Shown here piece by piece: positions 26,301 to 39,646 of a stretch of DNA of 64,000 bases. Both the position numbers and the translations under genes were made by a program. The notes beneath the pieces were generated by a model. That model was not told the origin of the DNA. It was given only the letters and a program-made list of their open reading frames with translations, and did no database searches. The stretch comes from Vicugna vicugna. Taxonomy: Eukaryota. The DNA lies in contig MU058781.1 in assembly GCA_013265495.1 (NCBI GenBank), forward strand, positions 8,537,009 through 8,601,008. The letters run 5' to 3'. Position 1 is the first letter of the stretch. Each line of letters begins with the position of its first letter.

Positions 26301-26400
26301 TTTTTACTTACTTATTTTTAATGGAGGTACTTGGGATTGAACCCAGGACCTCAGACCTGCTAAGCACTCACTCAACCACTGAGCTGTACCCTCCCCTGCT
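26301..26400 (-). mobile_element. tRNA-Ala-derived SINE (Vic-1-like) with TSD
   Basis: A/B boxes on the minus strand; flanking repeats GAAATCTGTCTTGTTTTA (26283-26300) and GAAATTTGCCTTGTTTTA (26401-26418), 2 mismatches. Confidence 0.9.
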
Positions 26401-26585
26401 GAAATTTGCCTTGTTTTAGAAGAGATAGTAGAATTACGTGACTTAATTTATATTTCTGTTTTGCCTTGTTTTACATAATGCTGACATGTAGGCAACACAA
26501 GTGAGTACACAAGTTCTGTTATGTGGTGGGCACTATGCTGGGCCCTGGTGATACAAAGATCAGTAAGATGTTCTAGGGGGTGGCA

Positions 26586-26671
26586 GGGGAGGGTGTAGCT
26601 CAGTGGTAGAGCGTGTGTTTAGCATGCACGAGGTCTGGGGTTCAGTCCTCGGTACCTCCATTAAAAAAAAA
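26586..26671 (+). mobile_element. tRNA-Ala-derived SINE (Vic-1-like)
   Basis: GGGGAGGGTGTAGCTCAGTGGTAGAGCG...TTAGCATGCACGAGGTCTGGGGTTCAGTCCTCGGTACCTCCA followed by an A-tail. Confidence 0.9.
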
Positions 26672-28280
26672 GTTCACTTCCTTCAGGGACCTCATTGGAT
26701 ATAATATAGTAGCATCCACTGGGAAACCGAGTAAAGTAGTGAAAAGTTCAATTTCAGCTTTTTCTATTGGCATTTTAAATGGTATGTTAATTGTTTAATA
26801 ATTAAGAGATTGATATATAAAAATATAATAAGAGAAACGTGTATTTGATGCCATTAGCGCCTGCAGTGATCATTTCTCCTAGTAGTTAATTTGATCCAAG
26901 CTGTTGTTGATAGGGATCAATTTTTTTTTCCCCACCTCCCTCCTCTTTTTCTCATTACGGGATTGAGTTCTATAGAAAGCTAACTGGGGCAAGAAAATTC
27001 ATCAGTTGTCTGCAAACTTTCAGAAACTACAGATCTGAATTGTTGACATTGCCATTGTAAGAGAAGCTAGGTTTATATGATAATCTTGAACTGACTGTAG
27101 GATAGAGATTATGTGAATACTTGATGAATTTAGTGCTTTTTAAATTGAGTAGAAGTAAATTGAGGCCACATCTTAGAACCCTTTTCAAAGCGTGTTGTGG
27201 TTCATTTAGGTGTTTGGGGTGATGAATGAACTTTTCAGAAGTACTCTTTCCTTGCTACAACCCGTATTCTTCACAGACACCTTCCACATCCACCCCTCAC
27301 CCAGGAAAACTCATCTGCCCTCCTAGCTGCCTGTATTTCTCTTATTTCTTTGAGCCCACCTTTGAATTTAGGACTGGTAAAATTATAAACATTTATTAAT
27401 GTTTGATCTCTATGTCCATGGAGCTAGCTTTAAAAATCTTCTTTAATCTCTGAGATGAAGCAGTCAAGAGTCGGGCATCTTCGATTATAGAATCTCTTTG
27501 AAGTTTTCTTTCTATTTCAGTTTTTCCCTCTAGCACTCCTACTTTCAGTGGCTTAGAGGTGGTTTTTTTTTTTTATTAAAACATTTTTTCCCCTTTTGCT
27601 TAGGTCTCTTTGGCAGTCTTTCAGAAGTTTAGAGGCAAAAATTAGTAAAATTAGGCTTTGAACCTTGTTTATTGTTTTCAAACTGTGCTTCTCTACTAAG
27701 ATAATTTGTTTGAGATAGAAAGAGATCTCCTTTTAAAATATTTTCATCTGTTTTACGTTTTATTGCTGCTTCTGTTGTAAATATAATAGTCCTAAAAACA
27801 AGCAGTTGTTTTTCCTTGTCTAGACTAGAAAGCTCAAATTGATCAAGATGATTTGAGTCTAGTTTAGCTACTACCCATTTTTGTTTTATAGCATTATTCA
27901 GTTAAGTTTTGAAATGACAAATCTGAAATTTTACAAGGTGGGATTTTCTTTTATGGCATTACATGAATCAGCCTTGGTCCAGGGAGTAATATGAAAACTC
28001 TCACTATAAGAGGAAGGTAGCTTGTTATTTTTTCATTCGTTGTAGCCCTGTGTGAAATTATTGGCAGTCTTTTTGTATCATGAACATCTCCTCTCCTACA
28101 CTGAGGTACTCGCTTCAGCTTTTGTTGTCAGATTCACATGTTACAAATGTTCAGGGTAGATAAATAGCATTGATCAGAGCTGTTAAGTTATGTCTGTCAT
28201 AATATCTTGCATATTTGTGTTGGCTTTTACTTCAGTGACGGGTTCACTTCTGCTTTCTCCTTTGTGCTTAGTGTCTCTCT

Positions 28281-28303
28281 CACACACACACACACACACA
28301 CAC
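28281..28303. repeat. (CA)n microsatellite
   Basis: Direct reading. Confidence 0.95.
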
Positions 28304-28729
28304 TCTTCAAGCTGAAATAGTTTCACATTGCTTCCTATTTGATTTTAGGTGTAATTGATACTCTTACTGAAAAGAAAGCCAATGAAATTGAAAGGCTTAA
28401 GTAGAGTTTTTGTTTCTTTAATTTTATAATTAATAATTATTGTTTCTCGAGTGTCCTTTGGCGGGTATTCTCATGGAACATTCCAGGATCCTATAATACT
28501 TATTCTTTGATTAGAAAATTATTTGTCACTTGCCTCTCAGTTCTTTAGAAAAGTGGAGGGCCTCCTGATTGACATCAGTGGAGATTAAATTTCAGGAAAA
28601 GAATATTCCACAAAAATACTTTGACAATTGTTTTATTAGGTGTTTTTTCCCTTATTTCAATGAAATTCTAAGTATAAAGCCCAAATTTATGTTGTCAGGT
28701 TTTATGGAGTTATTCATTGACCGTAGAGT

Positions 28730-29160
28730 TGTTGTCTAAGTCCAAGAGCCACTTCATTACTTATTTGCTGTGTCGCCTTGAGTGAGTTGTTTAACCTCTC
28801 TGTACCCAGTTTTCTCATCTGTTAAGCAGGATAATAGTACCTCTTCTGTATGGTTATTATGAATAATAAATGAATTTAGATTAATGTATTTTTAAGACAC
28901 TTGGAAGTGCATAAATGTGTATTGAGAAGAAACAATACAGTAGTTAGAGGCAGCTGCTGCTCCTGTTATTGTTCTTATTAGTACTAATAGGTCTGTGTTT
29001 GAATTCTTGCTTTGTCCAAGTTATGTGATTCTCTGAACTTACTTGACTTCATCTCTGAGTTTTCATCTTTAAGATGAAGATTATACTATGTTGCACCTAA
29101 TAAAAGTCATCAAGAGACCTAGAGATGCATATCTAAATGACCTACTGCAGAGTAGGGCGC
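28730..29160 (+). mobile_element. Two adjacent decayed MIR copies
   Basis: GCTGTGTCGCCTTGAGTGAGTTGTTTAACCTCTCTGTACCCAGTTTTCTCATCTG, and a second core TCTCTGAGTTTTCATCTTTAAGATG. Confidence 0.6.
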
Positions 29161-30439
29161 CATAATTTTATTACTTGTAGTATTTATATTTTTTTCTCCT
29201 GAAAACCCTGTCCAATATCCATTTTCCTTTTTCCTTAGTCTTTTGTAATATTTAGTGGTATCCTGCTAAATGGATATCTAGAGTCTGCAAAAAAGAGGAA
29301 TGCTTTTGGGATTCAGGGCTTTAGACAGAATTAAAATAAATGTTTCTTAATTGCTGGCTGTGAGAGGAACACGGTGGGGATCATCAAGGTTTCACCACTG
29401 AGTGTTAAAGCAAAGGATGTGAGTGCTGAGCCAACATTTTCTCCCTCCTTCATCTGTCTATTATTCCCTCCTCTCTGCCTGTCAGTATCTGTTGTGAGGC
29501 TGTTATGGTGGCTGGACCCTGGAGTGCCTGTAATACGAATCACAGTCCTTTTAGAGTGTTGGTATGGGTGCCACATCAAGCTGTAAAGGCATTAAAGGAT
29601 TAAAGGAGTTTCAGAGGCACTATTAGATGAAGCTGCATTTCCTTAAATTCTTACATTTGTAATGGTTATAGTGACAGAATCATTGCAATAATCTGGAATC
29701 TAGGGAAAGTTGTAATGTATGCTAGATTTGTATCAGAATTTACTTTTGTTACTGTCACATTCTGGTTTTCTTCTCCCCAGAAGGCAAAATTATTTCTAAA
29801 CTGAAACCTCAGCTTACTGAGCTTAATATTGATTTTGAAGGCTGTAGAGTGATGACTGAAAAATAGGCTATAGCTAGTTTTGAAGAGAGAATGTGTCTGA
29901 ACTTCTGCATTAAATATGGCATGTGCTATGAGTCTGACACGTCTTGCTGAAGCAAGTCATTAATGACGTGACCTCCTGTCACGAGCATAGACGCATGTTT
30001 TAAATTCATAAATGGTGGCCTACTGAGAAATGTCTATTGTGTTCATTAAAATACACATATGAAACGAATCAAATTAAACATTTCAAACAGCTAATTTTAT
30101 CAACTGTTAATAATTAATTAGTTTTTAGCACTGAGAATAACGGTAATTAAAATAGATTTACTACATGTTATAAGATTTCTGCCTCAGGAAGATGAAAAGG
30201 AACATTTATTTTTCATATACTTGAACATTGGCATTTCTGCTTTTATTCTCTGGGGGTTTTGTATATAGCAAAAGAAGTTATTGAGGTTTTTTAAAATTAT
30301 AATTATAAAATATCTTTAGTGCTTTTTTTGTCTACCTAAATTTAATTGCAATCTGTTGGAATGTTAAAATTCCACATTTAACTTCTGTGGTTAATAAAAA
30401 GGTATTTTCTGCTGCTCTGGTGTATTGTCACATCATTTT

Positions 30440-30680
30440 ATTTACATTTTTATTAATTTACTCTTTAGAATAGGTCATATCTTCTCATAGTTTAAAATAC
30501 CTAAGACATAAAAAGATTTACAGGCAAAAGTGTGTTCCTGTCTGGATTTCTGAATTCCTTAAATGCTGTTCTCATGTCCTCTCTAGATAAAGTCATTTAT
30601 TAGTTTCTGTGTATGCTTCAATAGTTATAAAACTGCAAAGAAATATATGTCTTTATTTTTCATCCCTTTGTCACTAAAGT
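30440..30680 (-). mobile_element. Old L1ME 3' end fragment
   Basis: T-rich start followed by GAATAGGTCATATCTTCTCATAGTTTAAAATAC, similar to antisense L1ME termini at 39290 and 59520. Confidence 0.4.
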
Positions 30681-32839
30681 CTTGGAAAAACCCCAGAAAT
30701 CCAGACATATAAGGTAATAGATAATAAATGTTAGATAATAACTTGAAAAGAGCAAAGTCACAGTATTAATCAGTTGATTCAGTTGTATCATACCCCCTTT
30801 CCCCCCATTATGTCAGGTTGAGTGTTCATGTTTGCTTCGTCTTCAGAATAGAAAGTTCCTGGAGAAGTCCTACCCTTTCTGGAACTGTTCTTGTTTGACC
30901 CATCCTATGCAAACTTACTCAGTCATGCAAACACTGGGTGCTTTATACAAATATTACCACCTGTATGTTTTATTTGTGTTTCTCAAAGGAGTTTTTGGTA
31001 AAATTTGCATAGTGATTCGGCTCATTTAACTTTGTGTATTGTTAAGAGTTCAAATGCTGTGGATATGAAAGATTATAGTGTGTACCAAATAAAAAGGTAT
31101 GGTGACAGGCAACGTTCTCAGGATAACTCTGTCTTAGGTATTTAAATCTAATTTGCATATTGAATCTAGATCTATGATTATTAACCCAGCTCCATTTACA
31201 GTTGATGAAAATTTGCATAAAATTGTCTTCTTGATAGCTCAAGGTATAGTGAGCAAAATGTTAACTCCTTATTTATGTAGCATGTGCAGCTCTGACTGGC
31301 TGTCATGATGAAAAACTAATCTAAGCACATTTGGTTTACTGATAATCTTTTCTGGAAATTAGCTGTGGTATCATGTCACAATGTCAGTAACATGTCTGAC
31401 AGTTTGCCTTCTTGTACTGGAAATGGTGGATAGCATGTTATAAATCCTAGCAGCTGTGCGGTGTCAAATCCTCTCTGTAAGGATCTTGGTAGGCGGATCA
31501 TTCAGGAGGGGTTTACAGCTTGGTTTATTTTATAATTTTGAAAGAAATTACACTAACTTTGTTCATTTCATGTTGGCGTTTGCTTTGCTGTAGGCTTTAT
31601 TTCTGGTGTTAGCCGATAACTTCCCAATCATCTGGTCTTGTCTGTCCTTGTTATTGTTTAGAGAAGATGATTCTTTTTATTAAATATTGTATGAGTGTCT
31701 GCATGTGTAATGATTCACTGGAGGCAGGAAGCTTATATAAATCTCCTTTTCAGATGAAGTTCCTGGCTATTTACAAAGGTTGATTACTTCTTAGAACAGT
31801 GATTGCCTGAGATTTGCAAAGGCAGAGGAAAATCACACCTCTTATTTTACCTTTCTCCATCTGTGTTAAACCTACTGTAAATATATTGGTAAGGGTGTTA
31901 GGCCATTGAATAGGTCTTTGTATTTGAACAGTTTGATTCTATCAATTTCACTGAAGTTATTATTCTTTGTTAGGACCTCAGGATGATAATACTTTTGAGG
32001 TAGTGACTGAAAATCAGTCCTTAAGTAATTTTCTATTAAAAAAGTCCTTAATACAATTTCTGTTAAAAAAAATTTCTCCTTTTATCATGAATAGTCTCTA
32101 TGCCTTTTCAAATATGTTTTTAATAAGATGATAATTGAATAATACTCAAGCTATTTATTTTTATTTATAAAGCGTTTGGCTGCCTTGAGCAAATCTAATG
32201 ATGAAACAAAAAAGCCTGGATGGATGAGAATATAAATATAAAATATTTTGTAACAGTATTTATAAATTATTTCTGGCTAGTGTACAACCCCTTAGTGTAT
32301 TTGAATTACTAGATTTGTAAAATTCACTTTATGTACAATATTAGATTAGGATGTGTGTTATATAAAGTGAGGCATGCCTCTGTGAAACCTAGCATGTTTT
32401 TTTGTTCCTAAATTCTGTGGTGTGCTGAATGATAAACAGTCATGTTCTCAGATTGATCCTGGATCCCCTGAGGGAACTGGCAATTTCCCTTGGATGGCAT
32501 TACTAAATCTTCAGTTTTCTTTTCGACTTGCTCTCCCTGTGGCCCACACTTAGGTCAGATTACTGAGAAAATCAGTGTTATTGATGAATGTTTTGTACAT
32601 GATTATAGAAGTCTCAGTATCTCTGAGAAAGAGCAGAAACACGTAATTAAATGCAAATGGTGGCAACTTGGTATGGAAGGTATAAGTAGGTTGTTTGAGT
32701 AGGTGGCTCAGACGCCTTTGATGCCAACTTTTGTTTCTTTGCTTCTTCTTTTTCAATCTTTGCCTGTGGCCTCTTTGGTGTTCCTTGTGATCAGTTGAGC
32801 AAAGGTGAAAAAAACTTGAGCCTGCTTTACAAATGATTC

Positions 32840-34362
32840 TGCATAAAATGCTAGTCACTTTAAAGTAGACACTGTAGCACTAAAACCCCACTGAAGACTG
32901 ACCATGAATGACAATGGTGGGAAAATCCGTACATTGGGCAGAATTTTTGAGCAGTATATTTTATTGCCTACTATGTTTGGAGTGGGAGATGACCAGAGAT
33001 AAAGAGCTACACTGATTAACGGGCAGTTGCTAATGTTTTGTCTGGAAGGAGCAGGATCTGAACATAGGTGACAAGGAAGTCTAGGGAGGAGATATGTGGA
33101 TAGCCCCCTCTGACTAGTCACAGACTGTGAAGATTGTGTCTCTTGTGAATGCCCACCAAAGGGCATCTGCTACTAATGAAGTAGACAAAACTCTCTGTGA
33201 ATGTCAGTTAGCATCTTTCTCCAGCAGCCCTAGCACTTGGTCAGTGGGCCCATGAAAAAGTGGCTGTGTTGGCAGGGTTGGAGGGTTCATAGTTCAATAA
33301 TATGGACTTTCTTTTAACAAGATTGACCTGGCTAGTGCTGTTACTGAGTACCTAATCTGCCAACAGCAGAGTTCAGCATCGAGTCCCTGACATGGCACCT
33401 TCTCCAAGGGAACCAGCCAGCCATCTGCTGGTGGTTGATTATGGTGGACCTCTTCTGTCATAGAGAGGGCAAAGACTTATCCTCACTGGAATACTCCCAT
33501 ATTTTGCATATGAATTTGTTTTTTCTACCTGTAATGCTTCTGCCAGCACCACAGTCTGGGTTCACAGAATACTTTATCTATTGTCATGGCATTTTGTATT
33601 GTGTTGCTTCTGATCGAGGAGTTCATTCCACGATAGTGAAGCTGCAGAATGGGCTCCTGCCCTTGGAATTAACTGGTCTTGCCAGATACCCCATTACCTG
33701 AAGGTGGCTGGCCTTACTGAAAAGTGGAATGGCTTACTGAATACTTCATTATAGCACCAGTTGAGAAAGTACCATGAAAGGATAGGGTTCTGTATTACAG
33801 GATGTAGTATATACTTTGAATTATATGGTTCTGTCTTTTCCATGGTCAGAATCCATGGCTCTGGAAATCAAGGGTTGGAAGTGAGAGTGGCGTTTCTCAC
33901 TAGTATACCTAATAACCCACTTGTGGAAATTATGCTACCTGTCCTGGGTGTACTGAGCTCTGCTGTTTTAGAGACCTCAGGCTCCATGGGGAGAATGTTT
34001 CCACTAGGGACCTCAGCAGTGGTTCCACTGAATTGGAAGGTGAATCTACCACTTAGCCATTTTGGGGTCCTCATGTCACTGAACCAACAGGCAAAAAAAG
34101 AGGCTGACTTACTTGCTGGAGTGATTAAGCTTGACTACCAGGGGGAAATTGGATTACGGTTACATTATGGAGTCATGGAGACAAAATCTGGAATCCAGGG
34201 GATTTTTCTGGGGTTCCTCTTAGTTCTTTTATTCCCAGTAGTAAATGTTAATGGAAAACTACATCATTCAAAAAAGGGCAGAATGATTAATGAGTCAGGT
34301 CTTTCAAGAATGAAGATTTGGGTCACTCTGCCAGATGAACAACCCCGAGGAGCTGAGATAGT
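32840..34362 (+). mobile_element. ERV-L internal fragment (RNase H - integrase - dUTPase), decayed
   Basis: ORF 33761-34366 contains RIHGSGNQGLEV (ERV-L integrase C-terminus) and VVPLNWKVNLPLSHFGVLMSLNQQAKK...LAGVIKLDYQGEIGL (ERV-L dUTPase); upstream GTGAATGCCCACCAAAGGGCA and GCCAGCCATCTGCTGGTGGTTGATTA are ERV-L pol-like; many stops and frameshifts. Confidence 0.85.
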
Positions 34363-34409
34363 TTAATCTTTAGTCTTTTTCTTTTTCTTTTCTTTTTTTT
34401 TTGCCTTTC

Positions 34410-35210
34410 AGGTCTACGCTTAATTTCCTGAATGTATGTAATATAGTTATAATAACTGTTTAATGTTTCTTCTGCTCATCCTAACATCTGTGTTAATTTT
34501 GGGTCAGTTTTGATTGATTTTTTTTCTCATTATGAGGTTTTATTTTCCTTAGTTTTTGCGTGCCTGAGAAGTTTTGATTGGATGCTAGACATTGTAAATT
34601 TTACCTTGTTGGTTGCTGAGTATTTTTGTATTCCTGTAAATACTCTTGAGCTTTGTTCTGGGATCCAGTTAAGTTACTCGGAAGCAGTTTGATCCTTCTG
34701 AGCGTGACCAGAGCCATGCTCGGTCAAAGGCTGCTACTCAGGCAAGACCCTTCTGTGTACTCTACCCAGTGTCCCATGAATCAGGAAGTTTTTCCATCTG
34801 GCTGGAGAAAACAGGCATTATTCCCAACCCTGTGTGAGCTTGGGCACTGTTACCTCCATTCTTCGGAGGTCATACTTTCCCTAAGCTTGGTTTATTCTTC
34901 ACATGTTTGCACTGATCGGTACTCAGCTGAATATTTGCAGAGCGCCTTCTGCAGATCTCTGGAATTCTCTTGCTTTGTAGCTGTCTTCTTTATGGGACTC
35001 TGTCCTGTAAACCATTTAATTCTTGTCAATTTGGATTCCTCTGGACTGTCTTGGTCAAATACAACTCAGATGTGAAGGCAGTAAACCAGGGCAATTGTAG
35101 AGCCCACCTCACTTGTATCCCCTCTCTCAGGGGTCATTGCTCTTCACAGTGTGTTCAGTATCTTAAACTGTTTTGTATATTTTGCGTGTTTTCCGGTTGT
35201 TTCAGATGGG
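34410..35210 (-). mobile_element. Old L1M (L1MC/L1M4-like) 5'-region fragment
   Basis: TTTTGATTGGATGCTAGACATTGTAAATTTTACCTTGTTGGTTGCTG...TTGAGCTTTGTTCTGGGAT..AGTTAAGTTAC is characteristic of antisense L1M 5' ends. Confidence 0.65.
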
Positions 35211-35929
35211 AGCTTTTAGTATCGTGTTTGAGGCCACGTATTCGTGTAACATTTAATAGGTTAAGATTAAACAGAACAAAACATATTGACTATTTAGAAA
35301 GTCAAAAGAAAACCTTTCTTCATAACGGGAGCCCGTTTTTTAGTCATTTGTAACCACTTCTTAATCATAGAAAGATTTTTTTTTAATCGAAGATTTGTGT
35401 GTCTCCAGAGTTTTCTCTTATAAATTGTAGAATATAGAAGAGACAAAGCCGATAAGATTGACCTGATTGCCTCTGTAGGTTTGTGAGCACAGAGAAGTTG
35501 AAAGTGTAGAATTTCAAAAAGGTAGCAGAGAAGTCTGCGACTAGAGTTTATCTGAGCACCAAAGAATCATGTGTAGATAAATGCAGGATGAGAAACACAA
35601 ATAAGCAGAGGAGAAGCTTTTGAAGCACAATATTCCCAAGGTCTTGTCTTAAGGATATAGGTCTGTGTTTGTTACTTGCTGATTTGAAATCTGCGTAGTG
35701 AATGTTGGAAAATCTATCAGGGTGAAAGGAGTCGATCCAGACATGCTGCAAAAAAGTTGGGTATGAAACAGGAGAGAAGAAAGCTAACTTTGATGAAACT
35801 TTTCATAAAATCTGTTTCAGTCCAGGGTGAAAATGGCAAAACCTTGTGGCTCCCCTGAGCTTTTGAAGGGTATTCTGGCTGTTTGTGAGTCTTAGGAAGT
35901 GAGGATTTTATTTCTTTGGCTCCTTTTGG

Positions 35930-36130
35930 CCTTATTCCGTGCCAGGTGCTTTACATATATTATCTCATCTCTCCTCCTGACAAATCCAGTGAGGAATGTG
36001 GTGTTAATCTCATGTTAAAGATGGAGATTTTTGAGGCTTATTAGGGTTTAAGTAGTTTGCTTAAGGTCACTGCTAGTATGTAAGCAGGGGTTGTGCCTGG
36101 GACTTGACTTGTAGGCAGGTGTTCCTTACA
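35930..36130 (-). mobile_element. MIR SINE
   Basis: GTGCCAGGTGCTTTACATATATTATCTCAT...TGAGGCTTA...TAAGTAGTTTGCTTAAGGTCAC. Confidence 0.65.
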
Positions 36131-37874
36131 CTTCATCACATGCATGAGTTGCGTGGTGCAGTTGCTTTTTCTGAAGGTAATAGATGAACATTTCTTTCCT
36201 TGGGTAAAGAGCAAAAACTGAAGAACTGAAAGTACTTCTAAGGTTATCTCAGTTTCTTCTGGTCACCAAATTAACAGAAAAAGGGAAGTATTGACTGAGT
36301 AGCCTAACCCAGGTTTTGTGTTTTCCCTGTTCTGACTAATGTACTTTTTGTTCTAATGCCCATACTTATTTTGTTGAGATGGATGCATGTTTGTAAGTAA
36401 AATAGTTACATATTTTTAGGGGCATAATTTAATCAGTTAATTATGCATTCTTGTTAAATGATTCAGACTATTGCAGATTTCTATATCAGATAGCACTTGA
36501 AGTCATAATGTTAGTATTATAGAAGAGAGATTCAGAGAGTCTTTTTCTCAAATAAAACCATCTGATCCCAAAGCACAATGAAATAACACTGTAAAAGCAG
36601 AGTTATTATGACAGGGGGTTGGTGGCTACCTTTTTTGTTTTGGAAGACAGTGGTTCTAAAAATGGGGTAGAGTTGAACACATTCAATGCCAATATGTGTT
36701 TTTTGGATTAAGCCTATAGCATTTTTAGGAATGTTTAGATAGAGGTGTACTGAGATAGCTCTTAATAGATCACTGATAGAACTTTAAGTCTAAGAATGTT
36801 CTGTTGTTCCCGAAATAAATTAACAAAGATATAGTAGATTTCTAAGACATCACCATTTGGACAGATGGAGATTTACTGGAGGAAGAAGTTTAGTGCCTGC
36901 CATATAAATGATATTATTGCTTCTGGTAATGTCTAAAACCCATGGCCAGAGTTGAGAAAGTTCTTGAGCTAGTAAAAATAATTCTCAGTGTTTGATTGTG
37001 AGAGTGAAATCAGCACTTTGTGTACTTTTGTTTTCTTTGGTATGCTCTGTGTGCTTTAGAGAGTTGAACAATTTAAGAAGCTGAAGATCTTTCTAGCGCT
37101 TTTGAGGTGTGTTCCTGATACCAGGTTAGTACAAGTTTCTGTAACTGCATTGTACTGTGTTCTATATCAGAAAACAAACACGTAAATAGAACTCATTGTG
37201 TTACTTCCTTGACAAGAACACTGTTTTGTTGCTGGCATATGGTTAGTTAGTTGTATTCGGTACCATACCTTCCCCATTGAATGGCACCATCTGTTAAAAC
37301 TGTGACGGATACCAGTAGAGAGGAAGCCAAGTTTCAGTTTGTGAGCATGGAGTAAATGAGAATGTCTGAAGTTGCCTGCAGTCGAGTACTTTACAACTGG
37401 TTTAGTCTAAAAGTTGGAGCTAGTGCTACCTTGGGAAACCAGATCAGGAAAGAACACGATAATGCTTGTTTAGCATCTTTATCCTCTCTTAGCAAGGGGT
37501 AATGCGTTATAAAAAATAAATAGCACATGATTGAGTTACTCAAAAAGATTTGCGTGATAGGCTTTGTTTTTAACGCTATCAAAGTACTGGTGTTTGTGGT
37601 TTGTGATTGCATCTGGCATGATGAGAATTGGAAAAGGTGTTTTCATAATGAGGCAAAAACCTTTACAGGAATGATTTTTCATAGGGTTGGATTTGGAACA
37701 ATTTTATACAGTAAAAATAAATCTTGAAATTATTAGACATTTATAAGTGATTCCTTTTCATGTGTATGACTCTGTGCTGTGAAATAAAGTTTGGCGTTGC
37801 GTGTATCCGGCTGTAGCAGAGTTACAGGCCTTGTTGGGATTGGGAGGACACTGTTGGGACTGTTGTTCACAGCC

Positions 37875-37877
<3 letters not shown>

Positions 37878-37910
<33 letters not shown>
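37878..37910. repeat. (TG)n microsatellite
   Basis: Direct reading. Confidence 0.95.
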
Positions 37911-37912
<2 letters not shown>

Positions 37913-38099
37913 GAGGGCAGTGAGTGTGTGTGCTGTCCCTCTTTTGCTGTCTCCACTTGGACTCTTGGGACACTTTTAATATTATTTTTGAATAGTTTGG
38001 ACTTTGAAATTACTTATGGTTGTATTTTCGTCTGGTCTCCTCTTCACTCAGCTTTGGCTTAGATCAGTCTTGAATCTAAGATCTGCCCAAAAAGATCTG

Positions 38100-38570
38100 C
38101 AGTAGTAAATTCTTTGCTCATGCATGACTGAAGATGTTTCATACTTGTTGGAATGGGTACAATTTTTTATATTGAAAATAATTTTCCCTCAGATCTTTGA
38201 AGTATTCTTTCCTTTTAGAATTCAATCTAAGAGATAAGAAGTCTGATGACAGTCTAGTTTTTTCTCTCTCTGTAGGTAGCTTTTCTTATCTTTCCTTTTT
38301 AGAAAATGTTTGGGACCTTATCTTTAGCCTCAGTCTGAAATATCAGAAGGGTATTTCCAGGTGTGGATGATTTTTCGGTTATGATGCTTAGCGGGGTTGG
38401 GATTATCAGTCAGAAGCTTTAAATTTTATTCTTTATTTCCATACCTTTACTTTCTTTATCTTTTTCTGGCAGTCCTGTTGTATATGTCAGCCCTTGTGAC
38501 TGAACTTCTTTGCCTTCTAATTTTTCTTTTATTTTCTGTTTGTCTTTTTACCATACTTTCTGGAATTTCC
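38100..38570 (-). mobile_element. Old L1M/HAL1-like fragment
   Basis: GAAAATAATTTTCCCTCAG...GATAAGAAGTCTGATGACAGTCT resembles antisense L1ME/HAL1 ORF1 region. Confidence 0.45.
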
Positions 38571-39289
38571 TTGACAGTGTTACACTCAAATATACATGGT
38601 AACAGTTAATTTTAGTGCATATTTGAAAATCCATCTGTATATTAACTATACCTAAAGAAGTCTGTGTTCAGCATTCCACATTTTCATGCAGATTGTTAAT
38701 ATATTCTTGAATTTATATGTATGTATGAAATACTAACTTTGCATGCTAGGATGACCATCTCTTTATTTTATCAACAGTAACTTCTGGGCCCATCTTTCAT
38801 GCTTCTCTGGAATTTTCCCATGTTTCTCTGCTGTAAATTGCATTCTTTTAGCCACTTAACTGCCCTTTGTTTCTGTTGCCTCCTTTCTGGCCTGAGAAAG
38901 TACATTAGTTCACATCTACCCACCCCAGAATAATTTTCTTTCAGTGGTGACCATTTCATCATCTTACTTTAGTGCACAGAAGGATTGCAGGCCAACCATG
39001 AATTGCTCTTAATAATCTAGACCAGTGAAGTAATGGACAGTTAATTGTTCCTGCTACCTCTTTGGTTGGAGGAAGTATTCTAATGGTCTCAATGAGAGCA
39101 AATTAGTATTTTAAAGTGATAGTATCATTTTCAGAAGGCTAACTTTTTTTATTAGTATATTTTGGATAGGGAAGACTTTCTTTGTGACCCAGGACCAACA
39201 CATTTCTTACGTATTTCAATTTTAAATTAATAATGTATGTAACCAAGACTCTGGTATTTATTATTACTTTTTGGATCAAAATAAGAATA

Positions 39290-39606
39290 TTAAACATTTT
39301 TTTGAATGGATAATTTATTCACATGGCACAAAATTCAAAAGGAACCCAAAAGGTATATAGCAATGTCTTCATCCATCTGCTCCACCTGCTAAGTCTTTCT
39401 GAAGAAACCTAGTGTTAGTTTCTTTCTCTTTATAAAGGAGGATATGGAATTATAAAAAGAAATGTACATACACAGTCACACACACATACATAAACATACA
39501 TCTCACATAGATGCAGAATAATTTTTTAACCAGACCCTTCATTTCAGACATTCATGTTGTTTTGTTCTTATCTTTTGCTTTTACCACCAATGCTGCAAGG
39601 ATACCC

Positions 39607-39646
<40 letters not shown>

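Noticed and set aside
26586..26660. tRNA-Ala(AGC)-like sequence as a genuine tRNA gene
   Set aside because: Extra 5' bases, stem mismatches, an A-tail instead of an oligo-T terminator, and two related copies (one with a TSD) in the window identify it as a SINE
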